Positions 58,383-64,000 of a stretch of DNA of 64,000 nt are shown piece after piece (positions within the stretch are counted from its first letter, which is position 1; each line of letters opens with the position of its first letter). This DNA comes from Chloroflexota bacterium (GTDB lineage: Bacteria > Chloroflexota > Limnocylindria > Limnocylindrales > CSP1-4), in assembly GCA_005889475.1 (NCBI GenBank), contig VBGT01000026.1:17544-81543 (forward strand), in the 5' to 3' direction. The position numbers and the translations under genes were made by a program. The notes below the pieces were generated by a model, which was not told where the DNA came from, made no database searches, and worked only from the letters and a program-made list of their open reading frames with translations.

Positions 58383-60227
58383 ATGACGGTCGAATCGCCG
58401 ACGCGGAGCTGCCCGCGATGCGATGCGCGCGTGGCCTCGGACGCGAAGTTCTGCGCTAATTGCGGTCAGGCCCTCGCCGAGCCGTCCTCGATCGATGCCA
58501 CGATCCACAGCCGCCTGACCGCGGCCGCGCCTACCCCGCTGATCACGAAGATGCGCGCCGCACGGCTGACCGGCGAACGCAAGCCGGTTACCGCGCTCTT
58601 CGCCGACGTCGTCGGCTCGACCACCCTGGCGGAGCAGATGGACCCCGAAGACTGGACGGCGATGATCAATGAGGCCTTCGACCTCATGTCGCGCGCCGTC
58701 TTCCGCTACGAGGGCACGATCGCTCAGCTCCAAGGCGACGCGATGCTCGCGTTCTTCGGCGCGCCGGTGGCGCACGAGGACGACCCCGAGCGGGCGATCT
58801 TCGCCGCGCTCGACATGCTCGAGGCGACGGCCGAGTTCGCGTCGCAGCTCAAGGCCACCCAGGGCGTCGACTTCCGGATCCGCGCCGGGATCAACAGCGG
58901 GCCGGTCATGGTCGGCAACGTCGGATCGGATCTGCGCTACGAGTACACAGCCCTCGGCGACGCCGTAAACGTCGCGGCTCGGATGCAGACCGCCGCGCAG
59001 ACTGGAACTGTCCTGATCACGGAGATGACGCGTCGCCTGACCGGCGACACCTTCGAGCTGGAGGACCTGGGCGGCCTTGAGGTCAAGGGCAAAGCCGAGC
59101 CGGTCCATGCCTACCGGGTCATCGCCCGAAAGGCCACGCCTGCCCGGCGGCGAGGCCTCGATTCGGTTGGTCTCGACAGCCCGATGGTCGGGCGGGAGCA
59201 GCCGCTCCGCCGTCTTACTGACCTCCTTGACATCGTGGAGGCGGGCCGGGGCCGGGTGGCCTTCGTCGTCGGCGAGCCCGGGATCGGCAAGAGTCGCCTC
59301 CTCGCCGAGCTGCGTCGGGTCGCGGAGGCGCCCGACGACGGCCGTGCACCGTTCCGCTGGATCGAGGGTCGGTGCGTCTCGTATGGCCGAAACCTCCCGT
59401 ACCACCTGCTCATCGACCTCATGCGCTCGACCCTTGGCATCCCGTTCGCGGCGGACGACGACGCGGCGCGGGCAACCCTGGACCAGGCCGTCACCGGCGT
59501 GTTGGGAGGCGATCCGGCCGAGGCCGCCGACACCTCCACCTACCTGGCGCACATGCTGGGGCTGCCGCTCCGGCCGGACGAGCAGTCGAGCGCGGCGCTC
59601 CCGCCCGATGTCATGCAGGGCCGTTACGTCGCGGCGACCCATCGCCTCCTGCGCGGGCTCGCCGCCAGCTCTCCCGTCGTCCTGGTCTGTGAGGACATCC
59701 ACTGGGCCGACCCGGCGTCGATCGAGGTCGCGCGGCAGGTCATGCCGCTCTCGGCCCAGCTCCCGATCCTGTTCATCGGAGCCCTCCGCGCCGAGACGGA
59801 CACTCCGGGCTGGGGCCTCATCGGCCAGGCCCGCGAGCTCTTTGGCGAATTGCTCACCGAGCTCCGGCTCGACCCGCTGAGCGAGGCCGAGAGCCGGACG
59901 CTCATCGCGAACCTGTTGGAGATCGAATCGCTGCCCGATGCGGTCCGCGACCTCATCATGTCCCGCGCAGAGGGCAACCCATTCTTCGTCGAGGAAGTCG
60001 TCCGGATGCTCATCGAGCGCGGCGTGATCGTGTCCGAGGACGAACGCTGGGTGGCGACGGGTGAGATCGCAGGTGTCGAGATCCCGGAGTCACTCCACGG
60101 CCTCCTGCTTGCCCGGATCGACCAGCTGCCCGACACGGCGAAGCGGAGCCTCCGAATCGCCGCGGTCATCGGGCGGCAGTTTCCGGTGCGCGTGCTCGAG
60201 CGCGTCGTCACGGAGGCCGTCACATGA
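58383..60227 (+). CDS. zinc-ribbon / class III adenylate cyclase / AAA(STAND) ATPase protein, N-terminal portion of a split gene
   Basis: The zinc-ribbon is CPRCDARVASDAKFCANCG. Cyclase motifs are ALFADVVGST, GDAMLAFFGAP and GDAVNVAARM. The Walker A is GEPGIGKS and the Walker B is VLVCEDIHWAD. Confidence 0.85.
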   Translation: MTVESPTRSCPRCDARVASDAKFCANCGQALAEPSSIDATIHSRLTAAAPTPLITKMRAARLTGERKPVTALFADVVGSTTLAEQMDPEDWTAMINEAFDLMSRAVFRYEGTIAQLQGDAMLAFFGAPVAHEDDPERAIFAALDMLEATAEFASQLKATQGVDFRIRAGINSGPVMVGNVGSDLRYEYTALGDAVNVAARMQTAAQTGTVLITEMTRRLTGDTFELEDLGGLEVKGKAEPVHAYRVIARKATPARRRGLDSVGLDSPMVGREQPLRRLTDLLDIVEAGRGRVAFVVGEPGIGKSRLLAELRRVAEAPDDGRAPFRWIEGRCVSYGRNLPYHLLIDLMRSTLGIPFAADDDAARATLDQAVTGVLGGDPAEAADTSTYLAHMLGLPLRPDEQSSAALPPDVMQGRYVAATHRLLRGLAASSPVVLVCEDIHWADPASIEVARQVMPLSAQLPILFIGALRAETDTPGWGLIGQARELFGELLTELRLDPLSEAESRTLIANLLEIESLPDAVRDLIMSRAEGNPFFVEEVVRMLIERGVIVSEDERWVATGEIAGVEIPESLHGLLLARIDQLPDTAKRSLRIAAVIGRQFPVRVLERVVTEAVT

Positions 60228-61768
60228 CGAGCAACATCCAGCTCGACACGCTCGAGGCGAAGGGCCTGATCCGGCTCGCCACGCTCCGCCCGGAGCTGGA
60301 GTACCTCTTCCGCCATGCGCTCGTCCAGGACGCCGCCTACGGTTCACTGCTCAAGCAGGAGCGGCGTGACCTCCACGGACGTGTCGGCGAGGCCCTCGAA
60401 CAGCTCTATCCGGACCGCCGCGGCGAGCTCGCCCCGGTCCTCGGGATGCACTTCGAACAAGCCGGCCGAACAGAAAAGGCGATTGGCTATTACGCCGAGG
60501 GTGCGCAGCACGCCCTGCAGCAGAACGCCATCCAGGAGGCGTACAGCGCCTTCGATCACGCGAGGGCATTGATCGAACAGGAGGTTCCGGACCCAAGCCT
60601 GCCCTCGGAAGAGCTGAATCGGCGCCGGCGGCGTCGAATCGAGATCGAGCTTGGGCGTGCCCAGGCTGGCTACAGCTTCCGAGCGCCGGAGGACGCGTTT
60701 GAGGCCCTCGAGGGCGTCCTGCCAGACGCCGAGGCGCTCGGCGACCCGGAGTTGGCGGCGCGGACGTACCTGCTCATCGCGCTGGGGCGGCTGCAGAACG
60801 GCGAGCAACCGAGCGAGCCGCCGGTGGCGCGCGCGCTCGCTCGAATCCGCGAGATCGGCGAGGAGATCGGCGATCAGTCCCTGATCGCTGCGCCGCTGGC
60901 GCTCATCGGCCTGAGCCAGGTGTTCGCGGGACGGGTGCGCGACGGCGTTGCGGCACTCGAGGAAGGCTTGCCGCTGATGGATCGCATGGACTCCATCGGC
61001 GCGGCCTTCTCGCGCGGCGCGCTGGCGATCGGGTACGCGACGCTCGGAGAATTCGACAAGGCCGACGCGGCAGCCGCCGAGGCGCGAACGATCGCGGATC
61101 GGGGCGATCTCATCGCGCAGCTCGACGCGCTCATCGCGGAGTCATACGTTCGCTCGCTCCGAGGCGAGCTGGACCGGGCGATCCCCCTCGCGGAGGAGTG
61201 CGTCGGGCGCGCCGAGGAGACCGGCGCATCGGCCTGTATGGTCGTGAGCTCATGGATCCTCGGTGATGCGTTCCATCGCCAGGGCAGGTTCGCGGAGGCG
61301 ACGGACGTCCTCAAGCGCGGGTCAGACGTCTCGCTCGTCGTCGACCGAAAGGTCTGGCGACCGACCCTCCAGGCGTGGCTCGGCTCCGCCGCCGCCGCGA
61401 TGGGCGCCGTCGGGCCGGACGAATGGGACGAGGCATTGGCGACCGCCCGCTCGATCGGCAACAGCCTCGGCGAAGCGGGGATCCTCTGGAAGCGCGGTGA
61501 GGCGACCGCCGCGAAGGGCGACATCGACGTGGCGGTGGCGGATTTCGAGGCGAGCGCCGCCATCCTCCAGGATCAGGGCGCTCGCCCTCACCTGGCTCGC
61601 GTGACTCGGTCCTGGGGCGAGGCGCTTCAGAGAGCCGGCCGCACCGACGCCGCCGAGCCGATCCTGCGGCGATCGCTGGAGGTGTTCGAGGAGCTAGGCC
61701 TGGACACCGAGGCAGGCCTCGTCAGGACCCTTTTGTCGCTCGGCGGCACGAAGCTGGCGTTCGAATAG
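60224..61768 (+). CDS. helical/TPR C-terminal portion of the cyclase-STAND protein (separate ORF, ATGA overlap)
   Basis: It begins with the motif that normally continues the STAND winged helix (EYLFRHALVQDAAYGSLL...RDLHGRVGEAL), followed by TPR-like repeats. Its frame is shifted relative to 58383-60227. Confidence 0.8.
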   Translation: MTSNIQLDTLEAKGLIRLATLRPELEYLFRHALVQDAAYGSLLKQERRDLHGRVGEALEQLYPDRRGELAPVLGMHFEQAGRTEKAIGYYAEGAQHALQQNAIQEAYSAFDHARALIEQEVPDPSLPSEELNRRRRRRIEIELGRAQAGYSFRAPEDAFEALEGVLPDAEALGDPELAARTYLLIALGRLQNGEQPSEPPVARALARIREIGEEIGDQSLIAAPLALIGLSQVFAGRVRDGVAALEEGLPLMDRMDSIGAAFSRGALAIGYATLGEFDKADAAAAEARTIADRGDLIAQLDALIAESYVRSLRGELDRAIPLAEECVGRAEETGASACMVVSSWILGDAFHRQGRFAEATDVLKRGSDVSLVVDRKVWRPTLQAWLGSAAAAMGAVGPDEWDEALATARSIGNSLGEAGILWKRGEATAAKGDIDVAVADFEASAAILQDQGARPHLARVTRSWGEALQRAGRTDAAEPILRRSLEVFEELGLDTEAGLVRTLLSLGGTKLAFE

Positions 61769-61780
61769 CTGACTAATACC

Positions 61781-62170
61781 TCAGCCTTTGCGCTCGAGGA
61801 TCGGCTTGGCGAGGTCCGGCCGGTCGACGACGAAGGCGAACATCGCTCGATCGCCCCAGCGACCCAGGAACAGGTGGCCGTGGATGTTCACGCCCGCGTC
61901 GGCGAGCTGGCGGGCGATGCGGGCCATGCCACCCGGCTTGTCGTCGACCTCGGCCAGGATCGACTCGCCCTCGACGTACGTGTAGCCGCCCTCGTCAAGC
62001 ACACTCTTCGTCGTCTCGTCGTCGGCGGTGGTCATGATCACGTGGCCGCTGTCCCCCAGCCCGCCGCCGCCGATCGCGCGCAGGTCGACGCCCCGGGCGG
62101 CGAGCGCCTCGGCGAGAATCGCCATCGCCCCAGGCTCGTTCTTGAGCTGGACCACGAACTGGTTGGCCAT
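61781..62170 (-). CDS. ACT-domain protein (two ACT-like halves)
   Basis: ATG at 62170. The sequence is VVQLKNEPGAMAILAEALAARGVDL ... EVDDKPGGMARIARQLADAGVNI. Confidence 0.7.
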   Translation of the reverse strand: MANQFVVQLKNEPGAMAILAEALAARGVDLRAIGGGGLGDSGHVIMTTADDETTKSVLDEGGYTYVEGESILAEVDDKPGGMARIARQLADAGVNIHGHLFLGRWGDRAMFAFVVDRPDLAKPILERKG

Positions 62171-62219
62171 CGCGCGCATCGTAGCCCGACGCGGATGCAC
62201 GGTGGCTAGAGTGCGGGCG

Positions 62220-63122
62220 ATGCGCCTCGCCGCGACTGCCGCCGACCTGCCGGACGCCGTCGCGGCGGCGCTTGCGAGCCCGTCGGCGGGCGAGCGCGAG
62301 GAGCTCGACGCCGGCGGGACGACCTGGCCGACGACGTCCTGGGGATACCGCGGCGATCCCCCATTGCTGCTCGTGCACGGCGTGACCTCGAACGAAGGAA
62401 TCTGGTGGCGAGTCGGGCCGGCGCTGGCGGCTGCCGATCGTCGAGTGATCGCCGTGGACATGCCCGGGCACGGCCGAACGGCTCGAAGACCGGGATCGCA
62501 CCGCTTCGCGGACACCGCGGCGGAGCTCGTCGCCTACGCCCGGGCAGCCGGCCTCGACCGACCGGATCTCGCCGTCGTCGGGCACTCCTGGGGCGCCATG
62601 GTCAGCGCGCACCTGCCGGCGGCGGAGCTTCGACCCCGGACGATCGTGCTGCTCGACCCGCCATACCTCACGCTCGGTCGCCTCGAGGCGCTCACGAAGG
62701 AGCCGACGGAGCGCGACTACACAACCCTCGACGAGGCGAGCGTCGCCGTGCGCGCCGCGAACCCGTCGTGGTCCGAGGGTGATGTGGCCGCGAAGGCGCA
62801 GGCTCTGACCGAATTCAACCCGCAGCTCGTGCTCGACGTGCTGCTGAAGAACGGCAACTGGGACAGCGGCATGTCGGCGCTCCACGACCCGAAGTCTCGC
62901 GACGTCGATGTCTGGCTCATCCGAGGCGAATGGTCGACCGGCGGCTTCATCCCCGACTCGAAGGTGCCGGCCATCGAGCGCCAGCTCGGCGCGGACCACG
63001 TCATCACGATCGCCGGCGGCCCGCACTCCCCGCAGCGAACGCACCCCGAGGCCACCGTGCTCGCAATCCTCAAGGCGCTCCGCGGGCCTGATGGGACGTC
63101 GCTGTCACTTGGGTCAGCGTGA
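62220..63122 (+). CDS. alpha/beta-fold hydrolase
   Basis: Motifs LLLVHGVTSNEG and the nucleophile elbow GHSWG, with a C-terminal His in GGPHSP. Confidence 0.8.
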   Translation: MRLAATAADLPDAVAAALASPSAGEREELDAGGTTWPTTSWGYRGDPPLLLVHGVTSNEGIWWRVGPALAAADRRVIAVDMPGHGRTARRPGSHRFADTAAELVAYARAAGLDRPDLAVVGHSWGAMVSAHLPAAELRPRTIVLLDPPYLTLGRLEALTKEPTERDYTTLDEASVAVRAANPSWSEGDVAAKAQALTEFNPQLVLDVLLKNGNWDSGMSALHDPKSRDVDVWLIRGEWSTGGFIPDSKVPAIERQLGADHVITIAGGPHSPQRTHPEATVLAILKALRGPDGTSLSLGSA

Positions 63123-63124
63123 CG

Positions 63125-64000
63125 TCACGTGGAACGTCGGATGGTCGCGGCGCGGTGGTAGGCGGCAATGTAGGCGGGCGTCGACGAGGAGCGCCAGTCG
63201 AAGTCGACCGCCATGCCCCGATCGAGGAGTGACTCCCACTGGCGTGAGCCCGGCTGGAAGGCGGCAAGGAAGCGGTCGCAGGCATCCACGAGGCCGCCGG
63301 GCGACTCGCCCTCGAATGCGAAACCGGTGCCGCGCTTGGGGTCCGCGGTGACGTCGATGACGGTGTCGCGCAGGCCACCGGTCGCGCGCACGATCGGCGG
63401 CGTGCCGTAGCGCAGCGCGATCATCTGGCCGGTGCCACACGGCTCGAACCGGGAGGGCATCAGGAACCCGTCGGCGCCGGCGTACATGCGCCGGGCGAGG
63501 TCGCGGTCGAAGCGCTCGACCAGGGCGATCCCCTTCCGGCCTGCCGGTTTCGCGGCGAGGTCGCGCAGCGGGGCGACGACGTCGGGGCTGCCCGAGCCGA
63601 GAACGGCGAGCCGGATGCCTCGGCGGAGCAGCGCCGGGGCAGCGCCCGCCAGCAGGTCGAAGCCCTTCTGCCGATCGAGCCGGCCGATCATCGCCAGGAC
63701 CGGCTTCGGGTCAGATGGGTCGAGGCCGAGCTCGGTGAGGAGCGCCTCGCGACAACGGGCCTTCCCGCGGCGATTCTCGCGAGAGTAGGTCGCGGCGAGC
63801 GCCGCGTCCGTCGCCGGGTTCCACAGATCGGTGTCGAGGCCGTTGACGATGCCGAAGAACCGGTCGCCGCGGGCCCGAAGCGCCCTGTCGAGGCCCATGC
63901 CGTACTCGGGCCTGAGCGCCTCGGCGGCGAAGCCGGGGCTCACCGTGTTGACGATGTCGGCCTGCTCGATGCCGACCTTCAGGAGGTCAAGCCCATCAGC
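63125..64000 (-). CDS. glgA: glycogen synthase, C-terminal part (gene continues right of the window)
   Basis: The frame stays open to 64000 (…LKVGIEQADIVNTVSPGFA). Motifs are GRLDRQKG, PSRFEPCGTGQM, GGLRDTV and GFAFE. Confidence 0.88.
   Translation of the reverse strand, partial: ADGLDLLKVGIEQADIVNTVSPGFAAEALRPEYGMGLDRALRARGDRFFGIVNGLDTDLWNPATDAALAATYSRENRRGKARCREALLTELGLDPSDPKPVLAMIGRLDRQKGFDLLAGAAPALLRRGIRLAVLGSGSPDVVAPLRDLAAKPAGRKGIALVERFDRDLARRMYAGADGFLMPSRFEPCGTGQMIALRYGTPPIVRATGGLRDTVIDVTADPKRGTGFAFEGESPGGLVDACDRFLAAFQPGSRQWESLLDRGMAVDFDWRSSSTPAYIAAYHRAATIRRST

Overview
A high-GC (about 70%) bacterial chromosomal segment that looks actinobacterial or Chloroflexi-like. Supporting signs are GTG/TTG starts, many 4-nt ATGA/GTGA gene overlaps, a Cheo-type GAAC-N4-GTTC box and an apparently leaderless promoter. 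I support about 55 protein genes, one tRNA-Gly(UCC), one gene remnant and several repeats or regulatory candidates. There is no CRISPR array, rRNA, transposase or integrase.

Layout:
- 1-870: end of a class III cyclase, then a NUDIX hydrolase.
- About 1.0-25.5 kb: a cell-surface polysaccharide island. It holds a Wzx/MurJ-like flippase, a Wzy-like polymerase, a Wzz/BY-kinase, a phosphoglycosyl transferase, GT2 and GT4 glycosyltransferases, two AsnB-type amidotransferases and two convergent CDP-hexose modules with C-methyltransferases. A truncated copy of the ycaQ 5' end bounds it on the left and the intact ycaQ on the right.
- 25.9-38.6 kb: housekeeping and stress genes (YcaQ, OsmC, MMPL, aminotransferase, CoA-transferase), then a 1.3-kaa cytosolic poly-HAMP histidine kinase built on six 276-bp tandem repeats.
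- 38.6-42.1 kb: the most unusual locus. Two paralogous ~100-aa hydrophobic proteins of no family I recognise sit in a tight operon with two translationally coupled Get3/ArsA-like ATPases. No arsenic genes are present.
- 42-56 kb: CstA with a CxxC thioredoxin-fold partner, GabT, a lipoprotein, P5C-dehydrogenase-like ALDH, HAD, FabI, a GAF-GAF-GGDEF cyclase and a large polytopic membrane protein.
- 55.96-56.70 kb: tRNA-Gly abutted by a low-GC3 tandem double-HNH gene. Its promoter carries an SOS-box-like palindrome.
- 56.8-64 kb: a Ser/Thr kinase, a cyclase-STAND-TPR protein split into two overlapping ORFs, an ACT protein, an alpha/beta hydrolase and partial GlgA.

All family calls come from motif recognition by eye. 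No database search was run.
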